Shown here: positions 49,450 through 60,303 of the stretch, one piece after another
Position numbering within the stretch: position 1 is the stretch's first letter
How the letters are laid out: every line of letters starts with the position of its first letter
Assembly (NCBI GenBank): GCA_963811165.1
Contig: CAWEQH010000004.1
Coordinates: forward strand, 736,001 to 800,000
Length of the DNA stretch: 64,000 bases
Direction: 5' to 3'
Source of the DNA: an uncultured Nitrospiraceae bacterium
GTDB taxonomy: Bacteria > Nitrospirota > Thermodesulfovibrionia > Thermodesulfovibrionales > UBA6898
The notes under the pieces: model-generated
Told to the model about the DNA's origin: nothing
Seen by the model: only the letters and a program-made list of their open reading frames with translations
The model's database searches: none
Position numbers and translations under genes: made by a program

Positions 49450-51015
49450 ATGGCGGAAAGTAAAAAGACGGACTTCGACCTGAAACTGTATTGGTCGATA
49501 TTGCTGAGAAGAAAATACGTTGCACTCACAGTTGCACTTGCCGTGCTCTCTTTGTTTACCTGGGGAAGCTTTTTCATGACCAAGACATATGAGGCAAGCT
49601 CTACCGTGCTGATCGAAAAAAGTTCTATCATTGACCCGCTCATAAAAGGTGTTGGGGTCGGTGGTAGGTCGGAGGGTATTTCAAACGTCAGAGACAGCAT
49701 CGCCAGTAGAAACCTGTTAGAGAAGGTCATGAAAAAGACGGGCAATGTTGCCATTATGAAAAACCCTGGTCAATTCGATGAATACTTAAAGAATGTAAGA
49801 AAGAATCTCCAGGTTAAGGCTTCCAGCGGGGCCGGAACCGGACCGGACCTCTTCACGCTCTCTTACAGGGGAGAAGAACCTGTAATGATCCGTGATTTCG
49901 TAAACGCGCTGGTGAAAGAATACATCGCCGAAAATGTCAGCAGCAGGTTGACGGATGCATCGGACGCATATGATTTCATCCAGACCCAGTTGTTGGAGTA
50001 TAAGAAAAAGCTTGAGGACTCCGACAAGGCCATAAGAGAATTCAGGGAGCGCAACCCCAACATGATCCCTCAGAGCGAATCGGCTTTGACCGGCAGGTTG
50101 GAAAGTTTCGAATCCGCCAGAATTGATGCCGACATAAAGCTGAAAGAACTGGTGAGAAAGCGTGAGAACCTCCAGAAACAGCTTTCCGGAGAAAAACAGC
50201 TTACCGTCGCATTTGTGACAAGAGAAGGTTCACCCCAGGCAAGGCTAAATGCCTTGAATAACCAGCTTATGCTTCTGGCGTCGAAATATACAGACAATTA
50301 TCCAGAGGTTATCAAGATAAGGAGAGAAATAGAAGAACTGCGGAGGCAAATGGCCCAGGTAAAGGACAGTTACACCGAGAATATGGGTTCCGAGACTGCG
50401 GCGTTGAATCCTATTTATCAGCAGCTGAAGGAAGAATACGCAAAGACTGACGCAGAGATTGAGTCGCTCAGGGCCCGGTCGGCGGAGCTTGCAAGGCAGA
50501 GACAGGAGGCGCAGGGCATATTGGGGCGCATGCCCAAGGAGCAGGAGGAATGGACAAAACTTCAAAGGGACAGGAACGTATATCAAAAGATTTATGACGA
50601 ACTCCTACAAAAGCTTGAAAGCGCACGGGTTTCGAAGGATCTCGGTGAGAATACCAAGTATGGGGCCTTCAGGATTGTGGACGCCGCGATAACCCCCGCC
50701 TTGCCTGTTAAACCCAACAGAGTACAAATGATCTTGATGGGAATATTTTTAGGGATTGCTGCAGGGATCGGGGCTGCATTCGGACTCGAATACTTCGACC
50801 ATTCTTTCCGCGATGAGGCTGCGATCGAGAGTGCATTAAAGCTGCCCGTGCTTAGCACAATCCCAAAGATAATGACCGAAGACGATAAACGCTCAGTCAA
50901 GACGCGCGACAAAAAAGTCTTTACTTTCGCGGGCGCTTATCTGCTTCTCATAATCATAATGTTTTCGGTCGAATTTTTACACAGATATATGGGTATCAAG
51001 GTTATTAATTTTTAG
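49450..51015 (+). CDS. polysaccharide chain-length determinant (Wzc periplasmic part)
   Basis: TM, YEASSTVL, coiled coil, YTDNYPEV, PVKPNR, TM. Confidence 0.9.
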   Translation: MAESKKTDFDLKLYWSILLRRKYVALTVALAVLSLFTWGSFFMTKTYEASSTVLIEKSSIIDPLIKGVGVGGRSEGISNVRDSIASRNLLEKVMKKTGNVAIMKNPGQFDEYLKNVRKNLQVKASSGAGTGPDLFTLSYRGEEPVMIRDFVNALVKEYIAENVSSRLTDASDAYDFIQTQLLEYKKKLEDSDKAIREFRERNPNMIPQSESALTGRLESFESARIDADIKLKELVRKRENLQKQLSGEKQLTVAFVTREGSPQARLNALNNQLMLLASKYTDNYPEVIKIRREIEELRRQMAQVKDSYTENMGSETAALNPIYQQLKEEYAKTDAEIESLRARSAELARQRQEAQGILGRMPKEQEEWTKLQRDRNVYQKIYDELLQKLESARVSKDLGENTKYGAFRIVDAAITPALPVKPNRVQMILMGIFLGIAAGIGAAFGLEYFDHSFRDEAAIESALKLPVLSTIPKIMTEDDKRSVKTRDKKVFTFAGAYLLLIIIMFSVEFLHRYMGIKVINF

Positions 51016-51025
51016 GGAGGTCTTA

Positions 51026-51910
51026 ATGAGCAGAATCGAGGAGGCCCTGGAAAGGGCGGTGAAGATGAGAGAGTCGGCGAAGGAAGTCGTCTCTGAAGAG
51101 ATACCAGCCGCAAAGCTCCATCCTTCATCACCTGCACAATTTGAGGTCTGCAATGCTTTGATTGATATTAATGGGGTGAATAAGTACGTAGTAACTATTA
51201 CAGATCCCTATTCCCATGCCGCCGAGCAGTACAAGAAATTGCGGGCGAGGCTCCTCAGGGCAACCAGGAAGGATTTTCATAACACTCTTATGATCACAAG
51301 TTCGGAAAGCGGCGAAGGCAAATCTTTGACGGCGGCGAATCTGGCCGTTGCCCTCTCAAATGAGACTGACTACACGGTGCTCCTCGTGGATGCCGATCTT
51401 AGAAATCCTTCGGTGCACAGATATTTTGGGATCGAACCGAGTCGCGGCCTATCCGATTATCTGAAAGGCGAAGCGGATATCCCCGATTTGCTCGTCAAAA
51501 CCGGTGTCGGGAAGCTCGTTATTCTCCCGGCGGGAAACCCTTCCGAAAGTTCTGCGGAACTGCTCTCCTCCGAGAAGATGAAGATGCTTGTCCGGGAGCT
51601 GAAGCTCAGGTACAGGGACCGATACGTTATTTTTGACACGTCGCCGCTTCTCATCGTTGCGGATGCCCTCTCGCTCGGCAGCTTCATGGACGGCATACTC
51701 TTTGTCGTTCAGGAAGGCCGAACACCCCAAAAAAGGGTCGCTCATGCACTTGCCCTCATGAAGGGCTATAATATTCTCGGCGTCGTGTTCAATAACCAGC
51801 AACAGTATATCTCAAAAGACCTGCATCAATATTATTACCGGTATGGGGTTCAACGGCATCAGGCGATATCAGGAAGCGACAGCGGAGGCGCAGGTGAGAA
51901 TAAATCCTGA
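51026..51910 (+). CDS. polysaccharide-associated tyrosine autokinase
   Basis: MSRIEEALE, GEGKS, LVDADLRNP, IFDTSP, Tyr cluster YYYRY. Confidence 0.92.
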   Translation: MSRIEEALERAVKMRESAKEVVSEEIPAAKLHPSSPAQFEVCNALIDINGVNKYVVTITDPYSHAAEQYKKLRARLLRATRKDFHNTLMITSSESGEGKSLTAANLAVALSNETDYTVLLVDADLRNPSVHRYFGIEPSRGLSDYLKGEADIPDLLVKTGVGKLVILPAGNPSESSAELLSSEKMKMLVRELKLRYRDRYVIFDTSPLLIVADALSLGSFMDGILFVVQEGRTPQKRVAHALALMKGYNILGVVFNNQQQYISKDLHQYYYRYGVQRHQAISGSDSGGAGENKS

Positions 51911-51968
51911 GAGGCGATACCGCAGTACTCGGCATCGCATGATACAGCGGCTCCGGAACTTAGTTCTT

Positions 51969-53249
51969 ATGAAGAGGCATTTTAAACCGGTTAGAATATT
52001 TTGCTTGCGCTCGGCGGTGAAACACATATATTTATTGGCGGTAATCGCTGTGTTCTCATCTGTTGTCTGGAATTGTTCGGAAACGTATGGCGCTGATATT
52101 TCGATCAAACCCTCGGTCACCCTTCGAGAAGAGTATGACGATAACATTTTTCTCACCCGGGACAACCGCGTCGATGATTTTATCACGAAAGTAATTCCCT
52201 CGCTAAGCATAACGCACAAAACGCCTATATGGGACTTTGGGCTGAACGAAACATTGTATTGGTGGTATTATGCAAAGAAGGCGGTCGGATATTATTCCAA
52301 TGCGGCGGATATTACGTCGAAGCTCTCTGTCGTAAAAAATCTTCTCTATTTCGATGTGACAGATACGTATTCAAGTGTTGTCCTGAATCCCAGAGGACCC
52401 TCAACGACCGAAAATCTCAATGTGAACAGGAGCGACACGAATATATTCAATGTGTCTCCATATCTGAAATATCAGCTGGACCCGGCTACGGCTGTAACAA
52501 CTGGTTACACTTACACAAATATTTGGTATAGGAACTCCGAGGGCGTAAAACGGCAGCAGCATAAAGGGTTTCTGAGCGTCCAGCATGCATTCAATCCAAA
52601 AGTAAATATTGTGCTGGGGGCCGAGTATCTGGCGGACAGGCCCGAAAATACGGAACCGGACAATGATCAGAAAGCGCTATTCTCCACCCTAGTGTACAAA
52701 ATTGATCCGCGAACGAGCTTGGAGGGAACGGCTGGATACAGAATGTTCACGTTTGCGAACAGTGCTGATCAGAACAAATTTTTTTATGATGTGGGGGTAG
52801 TCTACCGGCTCCCCCAAAAAGGCAATATCGAGCTGAGGGCGAGTCAATTATTCAGTGCCTCGCCCACGGAAGGAATTGTGGAGACATCGTCGCAGAAGCT
52901 CACGGTGAACTATGGCGAAGCCGTCTCGGTTAACGGGAGCGTATACCACTCTAAAGACAATTATTTTCAGATCGGACTGACAAACGAGGCGACCGGATTT
53001 TTGGCCGGACTCTCTTATGCGCCGAACTTGAGAAGGACATACCGGGTGTCGGGCGGATACGAAAGAGATACCTATCTGCCGGGAAGCGAGAAAAGAAGCA
53101 CGTATCTCGCATCGGCCGGCATCGACCACAGGCTCTCGGCGAAGGTGGTGCTGAGCATGTCGTACGTGTACAACAAATCGACCGGTCAGCTCGAAGAGAA
53201 CAATTATACCGATAATACTATGTTCCTCCAGCTGAAAATAGAGATATAG
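51969..53249 (+). CDS. outer membrane beta-barrel of the EPS export system
   Basis: Signal peptide, EEYDDNIF, amphipathic beta strands; start uncertain (51843/51969/52017). Confidence 0.8.
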   Translation: MKRHFKPVRIFCLRSAVKHIYLLAVIAVFSSVVWNCSETYGADISIKPSVTLREEYDDNIFLTRDNRVDDFITKVIPSLSITHKTPIWDFGLNETLYWWYYAKKAVGYYSNAADITSKLSVVKNLLYFDVTDTYSSVVLNPRGPSTTENLNVNRSDTNIFNVSPYLKYQLDPATAVTTGYTYTNIWYRNSEGVKRQQHKGFLSVQHAFNPKVNIVLGAEYLADRPENTEPDNDQKALFSTLVYKIDPRTSLEGTAGYRMFTFANSADQNKFFYDVGVVYRLPQKGNIELRASQLFSASPTEGIVETSSQKLTVNYGEAVSVNGSVYHSKDNYFQIGLTNEATGFLAGLSYAPNLRRTYRVSGGYERDTYLPGSEKRSTYLASAGIDHRLSAKVVLSMSYVYNKSTGQLEENNYTDNTMFLQLKIEI

Positions 53250-53253
53250 CGCT

Positions 53254-54390
53254 ATGTATACGTCATTCTTCGGTTTTACCTGCAAGCCTTTCCAATTATC
53301 CCCCGATCCCGAGTTTCTCTTTATGAGCAGGGGCCATAAGAGGGCCCTGACGTTCCTGAACTACGGGATGGCGGACAACGCCGGGTTCATTCTTGTCACG
53401 GGTGAGATAGGCGTAGGAAAGACGACGATTTTGCGGAGCATGATAAAAAAGATTCCGCTGGACGTCAAGCTGGCGCGCATAAACAATACTAAGGTGACAT
53501 CGGACCAGCTTATCGCGATGATCAACGAGGAGTACGGCATCGACACGAAGGGTGACGATAAGACCAGGATGCTGAATAAACTCACGGATTTTCTGATAAG
53601 CCAGTACGCTGCGGGCGGACGGTCAATGATTATAATAGACGAGGCGCAAAATCTCTCCCCGGACCTGCTTGAAGAAATCAGACTCCTTTCGAACCTCGAA
53701 ACGGATAAATCAAAACTGCTGCAGATAATACTTGTAGGGCAGCCTGAACTGAATGCTACCCTGAGCAGCCCCGGGCTTGAGCAGCTCAGGCAGAGAATCG
53801 CCATTAATACGCATATCAATCCCCTTACCTTCGAAGAGACTGAGGCATACATCAGACATAGACTGAAGATTGCCGGGAATGAGGAGGGCGTGACATTCCA
53901 GCCCGGCGTCTTCGAAGCGATTTACGATTTCAGCAAGGGGGTGCCGAGGCTTATCAATATCATCTGCGACTTTACGCTCCTGGCGGCGTTTGTGGACAAC
54001 ACGAAGACCATAGATTCGGCGCTCATGAAGGAGATAATCAGAGAACTCGCCATTGAAAAACCGGAGGTGAGGGCTGCAGCTCTGCGCGCCAAGGAATCTC
54101 CGCGAAACGATGATGACGGCAATATCAAGAAGGCGCTGGCCAGCATCAATCTCAGGCTTCAAAACCTCGAGGCCGTCATCAACGGGATACAAGAGGGCGG
54201 CAAAACCGTCCGGGAAATCAGCAGGCTTATCGCCTTAAAAGAAGCCCAACTGGGCAAGAAAGAAGAAGAGGTGTTAAAGAGGGAAAGCGAACTCCTCGAA
54301 AAAGAGGATTTTGTGAGAAGAAAAGAAGAACACATCAAACATCTGTTCGAACAAAATATGAACGGACTCTCTGCAGAAATATCCGAGTAA
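53254..54390 (+). CDS. ExeA-like AAA ATPase (XrtA/PEP-CTERM-associated type)
   Basis: MYTSFFGFTCKPF, GEIGVGKT, IDEAQNL, VGQPEL, GVPRLIN. Confidence 0.9.
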   Translation: MYTSFFGFTCKPFQLSPDPEFLFMSRGHKRALTFLNYGMADNAGFILVTGEIGVGKTTILRSMIKKIPLDVKLARINNTKVTSDQLIAMINEEYGIDTKGDDKTRMLNKLTDFLISQYAAGGRSMIIIDEAQNLSPDLLEEIRLLSNLETDKSKLLQIILVGQPELNATLSSPGLEQLRQRIAINTHINPLTFEETEAYIRHRLKIAGNEEGVTFQPGVFEAIYDFSKGVPRLINIICDFTLLAAFVDNTKTIDSALMKEIIRELAIEKPEVRAAALRAKESPRNDDDGNIKKALASINLRLQNLEAVINGIQEGGKTVREISRLIALKEAQLGKKEEEVLKRESELLEKEDFVRRKEEHIKHLFEQNMNGLSAEISE

Positions 54391-54546
54391 GCGATTTGCG
54401 CATCGTTATCGCGCAATAAAGCGTATCCATGAAAACACCGCAGCACACGTCGAAGTTCTTGTCCGAACGGGGCAGCCTGCATACGCATGGCGCCAATTTA
54501 TCCGTTTTCGGAATGAACACGGCTCCGCTCAAGAGAGTGAGGTAAA

Positions 54547-56133
54547 ATGTCAAACGCACCTGACAAATTCGTAGGACTGGTCGGCCTGGGTTACTGGGGA
54601 AAGAATCTTTTGCGCAATTTATATGAACTGGAGGTGCTTCATACCGCCTGTGATTCGGACGGGACCATTCTTGAAGAACGGAAGACCAAGTTTCCCGGTG
54701 TTCGTTACAGTTCGTCATTTGACGGGATCATCGGAACCCCGGAGATACGGGCTGTTGCGATAGCCACGCCGGTATCTACTCATTATGAATACGTCAAACG
54801 GGCATTGCTGGCGGGCAAGGACGTGTTTGTCGAGAAACCGCTGGCGCTCAACATCCGCGAGGGGATGGAACTCGTTGAAGTGGCGAGGCGCGAAAAAAGG
54901 ATATTAATGGTTGGGCATATCCTGCAGTACCACCCCGCGGTCATCAGGCTGAAGTCGCTCATCGCATCGGGCGAACTCGGGAAAATCCAGTATATATATT
55001 CGAATAGACTCAACATCGGGAAGCTAAGGACCGAAGAAGACATACTCTGGAGCTTCGCGCCCCACGACATCTCCGTAATTTTGATGCTCCTCGGCGAAGA
55101 GCCGGTAAAGGTGTCGGCCTTGCGGGGCGATTACCTTAATAATGGTATCTTCGATGTCACCCTCACCACAATGGAATTCAGAAACGGGGTGAAAGGCCAC
55201 ATCTTTGTCAGTTGGCTGCATCCGTTCAAGGAGCAAAAATTAATAGTGGTCGGCTCGAAGGCGATGGCGGTATTCGACGACATAAGCAAGGAAAAGCTTT
55301 TTCTTTACCCCCATTCGATAGAATGGAAAGACGGAAAGATCCCTATCGCCCAGAAGGCGGATTACGTGGTGATACCCGTGGAACAGAAGGAACCGCTGAA
55401 GGAGGAGCTGAGCCATTTTGTCGAGTGTGTAACAGAAAGAAAGAAGCCGAGGACCGACGGGGGCGAGGGGCTGCGCGTCCTTACGATACTTGAGCGCGCA
55501 GGCGAATTACCCCCCGGAAACGCTGACACGATACAGAAAAAACAGGATGCAAAGTATTTTGTCCATGAAAGCGCATGCGTCGGTGATGACGTCCGGATAG
55601 GCGACCGGACCAAGATCTGGCATTTCTCGCATGTATCGCAAGGGGCCCGGATAGGGAAACAATGCGTAATCGGCCAGAATGTATTTATCGGGCAGGACGT
55701 AACGATAGGGGACGCATGCAAGATCCAGAACAATGTTTCTCTCTATAAGGGTGTATTTATTGAAGATGAAGTATTCTGCGGTCCTTCGTGCGTCTTTACA
55801 AATGTATATAACCCAAGGGCGTTTATAGAGAGGAAGAATGAGTTTCTGCATACCTTAGTGAAAAAGGGCTCCACTATAGGCGCAAATGCGACAATCGTAT
55901 GCGGTGTGACAATCGGGAGATACGCCATGGTGGGGGCCGGGGCGGTAGTGAAGTCATCCGTGCCCGATTATGCGGTTGTCGCCGGTGTGCCCGCAAAACA
56001 GATCGGATGGGCCTGCAGGTGCGGCACGACGCTGAAATTCCTGGATTCGCGATGCGCATGCAGCTACTGCGGTAAGGAGTACCTGCTTGAACATAACCAT
56101 ATTACTACATTATCCGGAGAGGACCTTCTATGA
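54547..56133 (+). CDS. Gfo/Idh/MocA oxidoreductase fused to hexapeptide N-acetyltransferase (WbpB-WbpD-like)
   Basis: GLGYWG, VEKP, then TKIWHFSHV, CKIQNNVS, FTNVYNPRA and C-terminal Cys cluster. Confidence 0.88.
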   Translation: MSNAPDKFVGLVGLGYWGKNLLRNLYELEVLHTACDSDGTILEERKTKFPGVRYSSSFDGIIGTPEIRAVAIATPVSTHYEYVKRALLAGKDVFVEKPLALNIREGMELVEVARREKRILMVGHILQYHPAVIRLKSLIASGELGKIQYIYSNRLNIGKLRTEEDILWSFAPHDISVILMLLGEEPVKVSALRGDYLNNGIFDVTLTTMEFRNGVKGHIFVSWLHPFKEQKLIVVGSKAMAVFDDISKEKLFLYPHSIEWKDGKIPIAQKADYVVIPVEQKEPLKEELSHFVECVTERKKPRTDGGEGLRVLTILERAGELPPGNADTIQKKQDAKYFVHESACVGDDVRIGDRTKIWHFSHVSQGARIGKQCVIGQNVFIGQDVTIGDACKIQNNVSLYKGVFIEDEVFCGPSCVFTNVYNPRAFIERKNEFLHTLVKKGSTIGANATIVCGVTIGRYAMVGAGAVVKSSVPDYAVVAGVPAKQIGWACRCGTTLKFLDSRCACSYCGKEYLLEHNHITTLSGEDLL

Positions 56134-57281
56134 TACAGATCCCTATGCTTGACTTAAAAAGAGAATATGAATATATGAAAGAAGACGTAGATGCGGCCAT
56201 CCGCACATGTCTGGGACATCAGCAGTGGATATTCGGCCCGGAAATAAAAGAATTCGAGGGCACCGTAGCCAGGTATCTCGGGGTGAATCACTGCATAGGC
56301 GTGTCGTCCGGTACGGAAGCACTGGTGATCTCGCTGCGGGCGCTGGCAATTCAAAAGAGGGGCCGGGAGTATTTTGATGGCACTGACGAAATCATTACCA
56401 CCCCCTTTACTTTTACGGCGACCGGGGACGCGATTCTGCGATCAGGAGCCATGCCGGTATTTGTTGACGTCGATCCCCATAGTTATAATATCGACTTCCG
56501 AAAAGTGCGGGAATATCTCGCTGCCGCTTCCGGCAGGGTCGTCGGCATTCTCCCGGTCCATCTTTACGGGAAGCCCTGCGAAATGGATGAACTCACGAAA
56601 ATTGCGGAGGAATATGATCTTTTTATCGTAGAGGACGTGGCCCAGGCTTTCGGCGGGACCTGGCGGGGCAGGCAATTGGGATCTATCGGATCCTGCGGCG
56701 CCTTTAGTTTCTTCCCGTCGAAAAATCTTGGTGGATTCGGGGATGGGGGAATGATCGCCACAAATGACGACGGAGCTGCCGAACTGGCCCGCGTTCTTTT
56801 GAAGCACGGCGGGAGGGACAAGTATAATGTCGAGTATCTCGGCTACAATGCAAGGCTCGATACGCTTCAGGCTGCCATATTGCTGGCGAAGATCGGATAT
56901 ATCGATGAATTCAACGGCGGCAGAAGAAATATAGCGAAGATGTATACGAGAGAGCTCTCGGGGATAGAGGGCCTGCTGCTGCCCGACTCGCAGGGCGCTG
57001 CGGACGTGGGGAAGTGTGTGTATCACCAATACACGGTCCGTACTACGCGCAGGGATGCGTTACAGGGCCACCTGAAAGAGCGCGGCATAGCCTCCATGAT
57101 TTATTATCCGTTTCCACTTCACAAAATGAAATTGTTCGAGGGAAGGATGAAAACATGGGGTTCGTGTACACAAGCGGAAAGTGCGTCCGAACAGGTGCTG
57201 TCTCTCCCGATAGAGCCTCTGCAATCATCTGAGACTACCGTAAGTGTGGTAGAAGGCATAAAGTCTTTTTTCCGGATCTGA
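56130..57281 (+). CDS. DegT/DnrJ/EryC1/StrS aminotransferase (WbpE-like)
   Basis: SSGTEAL, EDVAQAFG, SFFPSKNLGGFGDGG. Confidence 0.92.
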   Translation: MIQIPMLDLKREYEYMKEDVDAAIRTCLGHQQWIFGPEIKEFEGTVARYLGVNHCIGVSSGTEALVISLRALAIQKRGREYFDGTDEIITTPFTFTATGDAILRSGAMPVFVDVDPHSYNIDFRKVREYLAAASGRVVGILPVHLYGKPCEMDELTKIAEEYDLFIVEDVAQAFGGTWRGRQLGSIGSCGAFSFFPSKNLGGFGDGGMIATNDDGAAELARVLLKHGGRDKYNVEYLGYNARLDTLQAAILLAKIGYIDEFNGGRRNIAKMYTRELSGIEGLLLPDSQGAADVGKCVYHQYTVRTTRRDALQGHLKERGIASMIYYPFPLHKMKLFEGRMKTWGSCTQAESASEQVLSLPIEPLQSSETTVSVVEGIKSFFRI

Positions 57282-57311
57282 CACCGGCGCAGGGGCTCAC
57301 GGAATGAAAAA

Positions 57312-58427
57312 ATGACGGAAATCAGGATTGTCACCATAGTCGGAGCAAGACCCCAGTTCATCAAGGCCTCTGCGGTGAGTCGTGCGATACATAGGTACAA
57401 CCTTGGCTGCAGGACGCATCATATCATGGAAGTCCTTCTCCATACCGGGCAGCATTACGACTATAACATGAGCCAAATATTTTTTGAGCAGCTTGAAATC
57501 GGGCAGCCGAAGTATCATCTGGGCGTAGGTTCGGGAAGCCATGGTGAGATGACCGGCGCGATGCTTACAAAGATAGAGAAAGTGCTCGTTCAGGAAAAAC
57601 CCGACTGGGTCCTTCTCTACGGGGACACGAACTCCACTCTGGCCGGAGCGCTGGCGGCCAGTAAGCTCCATCTCTCCGTTGCCCATGTCGAGGCGGGCTT
57701 AAGGAGTTATAACAGACGTATGCCGGAAGAGATAAATCGGGTACTTACAGACCATGTATCGGATCTTCTCTTTTGTCCTACTGATACCGCCGTGCGTAAT
57801 CTGGCGCATGAAGGAATTACCGAAGGGGTTTGCAAGGTCGGAGACGTAATGTATGACGCATTCCTTTTTTACAGGGACCTGTCGGCCCGACGATCGACCA
57901 TACTTTCCGATCTCGGCCTGAAGCCAGGCGGATATTGCCTGGGAACTGTGCATCGTCAGGAGAATACTGAAGACCCGCAGAAACTGGACAATATATTTAC
58001 CGCTTTCGAGGAGCTTGCGAGGGAAGACTGTCCTTTTGTAGTGCCCCTCCATCCGGGGACCGGCAAAATCATACAGCCGAGGCGGCAAGGAGACAGTCAT
58101 GTCCCGCAATTAAAAATCATTCCACCCATAGGCTATTTGGATATGATAGCACTGGAAACGCAGGCCCGCATTATCCTGACCGATTCCGGCGGCATACAAA
58201 AGGAGGCATTCTTTGCCAAAGTCCCTTGTGTTACCCTGCGGGACGAGACGGAATGGGTCGAGACAGTCGAAGCGGGCTGGAACCGTCTGGCCGGGGCCAA
58301 TGCCAGGAAGATTGAAGACGCCTTTATCGCTGCAACGAGCTCTGAGCCGGAGGGGCACGCCTCACTCTACGGCGAGGGTGACGCCAGTGAAATCCTTATG
58401 CAGAAACTGGTCCTGTCGACATGCTGA
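57312..58427 (+). CDS. wecB: non-hydrolysing UDP-GlcNAc 2-epimerase family (WecB/WbpI-like)
   Basis: GARPQFIK, HTGQHYD, HVEAGLRS, TDSGGIQKEA. Confidence 0.9.
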   Translation: MTEIRIVTIVGARPQFIKASAVSRAIHRYNLGCRTHHIMEVLLHTGQHYDYNMSQIFFEQLEIGQPKYHLGVGSGSHGEMTGAMLTKIEKVLVQEKPDWVLLYGDTNSTLAGALAASKLHLSVAHVEAGLRSYNRRMPEEINRVLTDHVSDLLFCPTDTAVRNLAHEGITEGVCKVGDVMYDAFLFYRDLSARRSTILSDLGLKPGGYCLGTVHRQENTEDPQKLDNIFTAFEELAREDCPFVVPLHPGTGKIIQPRRQGDSHVPQLKIIPPIGYLDMIALETQARIILTDSGGIQKEAFFAKVPCVTLRDETEWVETVEAGWNRLAGANARKIEDAFIAATSSEPEGHASLYGEGDASEILMQKLVLSTC

Positions 58428-58499
58428 TCATATGCCGGCGGGATGAATGTCAATGATTTTCTGGCGGAGGAAAAGCCGGGGAGGCAAAGAGAGGGTATC

Positions 58500-59471
58500 A
58501 TGAAAATTGGAATCACGGGTTGCGCGGGTTTCTTAGGGTCTCACTTGGCAGACAGTCTTTTGCAGAGGGACCACACCGTTATCGGCATCGATAATCTTTC
58601 AATGGGAAAGCTCGATAATGTGACGCATAATTTAGGACATCCCTGTTTCAGCTTCTTTAAGTCCGATGTCAGGGACCTCGCTGTGCTGAGAGATAATTTT
58701 GAGGGAGCCGACGTCATCGTCCATCTCGCGGCGTACAAAATTCCCCGGTACGGAAATGCCATTGAGACATTGCTTATCAACAACCAGGGCGCCCATAATG
58801 TTCTGGAAATCGCCAGGGAGTACAGGAGCAAGGTCGTGCTTGCCTCTACCTCCGACGTGTACGGAAAAAACCCGAACCTGCCGTTTCACGAGGAAGGGGA
58901 CCTCGTCCTTGGCCCCAGCACGGTTGCGAGGTGGAGCTATGCCGTGTCCAAGCTCTATGACGAGCATTTGGGGTTTGCATATCAGGCTGAATATGGCATT
59001 CCCGTAGTGAATCTCAGGTTCTTCGGTTCATACGGACCCAGGCACCACCTGTCCTGGTGGGGGGGCCCTCAGTCGGTCTTTATCACGCAGATATTAAAGG
59101 ATGAAGAGATTACGATCCATGGAGACGGCCTGCAGACGAGGAGCTTTACCTACGTAAGCGATACCGTCGAGGGGATCGTGGCCTCGGTAGAGAGACAGGA
59201 GGCAGACGGGCATATATTCAATATCGGAAATACTCACGAGGTTACGATCCTTGAGCTGGCACGGATAATACACAAACTATGCAAAGGGTCGGGCGAGGCG
59301 AAATTGAGGTTTGTCCCCTACGCATCTTTTTCAGGCGGAAAATATGAAGATGTGAGGCGGCGCATCCCGGACATTTCGAAAGCGGGGAAAGTCCTCGATT
59401 TTCATCCAAAGATCGGTTTGGAGCAGGGTTTGACGACAACTATCGAATGGCAAAGAAGTAGGATGGACTGA
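58500..59471 (+). CDS. NAD-dependent epimerase/decarboxylase (UDP-glucuronate decarboxylase-like SDR)
   Basis: TGCAGFLG, ASTSDVYG, RWSYAVSK, GDGLQTRSF. Confidence 0.88.
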   Translation: MKIGITGCAGFLGSHLADSLLQRDHTVIGIDNLSMGKLDNVTHNLGHPCFSFFKSDVRDLAVLRDNFEGADVIVHLAAYKIPRYGNAIETLLINNQGAHNVLEIAREYRSKVVLASTSDVYGKNPNLPFHEEGDLVLGPSTVARWSYAVSKLYDEHLGFAYQAEYGIPVVNLRFFGSYGPRHHLSWWGGPQSVFITQILKDEEITIHGDGLQTRSFTYVSDTVEGIVASVERQEADGHIFNIGNTHEVTILELARIIHKLCKGSGEAKLRFVPYASFSGGKYEDVRRRIPDISKAGKVLDFHPKIGLEQGLTTTIEWQRSRMD

Positions 59472-59472
59472 C

Positions 59473-60303
59473 ATGGATACCTCACGAGAGACCGGCAACG
59501 CACCATCTGAGGCAAAGGCCTATTTTGTGATACCGGCATATAACGAGGCGGAGAATATACCGTTTCTCTTTAATAATATAAGAAGATTCATGCTGTTTTT
59601 TGAGCAGCCGTTTCACGTAATTCTGGTAAATGACGGAAGTACGGACAATACGGTGGCCGAGGCGGAAAGGTACAGCGACACAATGCCCCTCACGGTCAAG
59701 TCTTTCGAAATGAATCAGGGCCCGGGCAAGGCTTTTCTCAAGGGGTTCGAGACTGCCTTGGCGATGGCGCGCGACGACGATATGATAGTCACTATTGAAG
59801 CGGATAACACAAGCGACCTCTGCCCTCTTTATAAAATGTTCGAACAATGCCGGCGCGGCCACGATCTGGTACTCGCTTCGGTATACGGAGAAGGAAAAGT
59901 GGTGGGGGCACCCCTGCACAGAAAAATATTCAGCCGGTGCGCGAATATCATGATGCAGATCGTGTTTCGCATAGGAAAAGTGAATACCTTTACCTCCTTT
60001 TTCAGAGTATACAAAGTCTCCATGATCCGCAGCGCCTACAATCTTTACGGGGAGAGGCTGATCGAGGAATCGGGATTTATCTGTATGCTGGAGCTGTTGG
60101 TCAAGCTCCATTCCCTCAAGTATAAAATCGCGCAGGTGCCGATGCTCCTCGACAGCAAGATTCGCGTGGGCAAAAGCAAGATGAAATCCTTCAACAATAT
60201 TAAGGATACGTTGCGTTTCACTTTTAAGTATTTTATCAACAGCAACGCTATAGTAGTTAACCCTTCTCAGGACAAGCTGGCCGTCAGCCGGACAAAAGAA
60301 TAA
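59473..60303 (+). CDS. GT2 glycosyltransferase (polyprenyl-phosphate sugar synthase-like)
   Basis: IPAYNE, VNDGSTD, EADNT, R..GKSKM. Confidence 0.88.
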   Translation: MDTSRETGNAPSEAKAYFVIPAYNEAENIPFLFNNIRRFMLFFEQPFHVILVNDGSTDNTVAEAERYSDTMPLTVKSFEMNQGPGKAFLKGFETALAMARDDDMIVTIEADNTSDLCPLYKMFEQCRRGHDLVLASVYGEGKVVGAPLHRKIFSRCANIMMQIVFRIGKVNTFTSFFRVYKVSMIRSAYNLYGERLIEESGFICMLELLVKLHSLKYKIAQVPMLLDSKIRVGKSKMKSFNNIKDTLRFTFKYFINSNAIVVNPSQDKLAVSRTKE

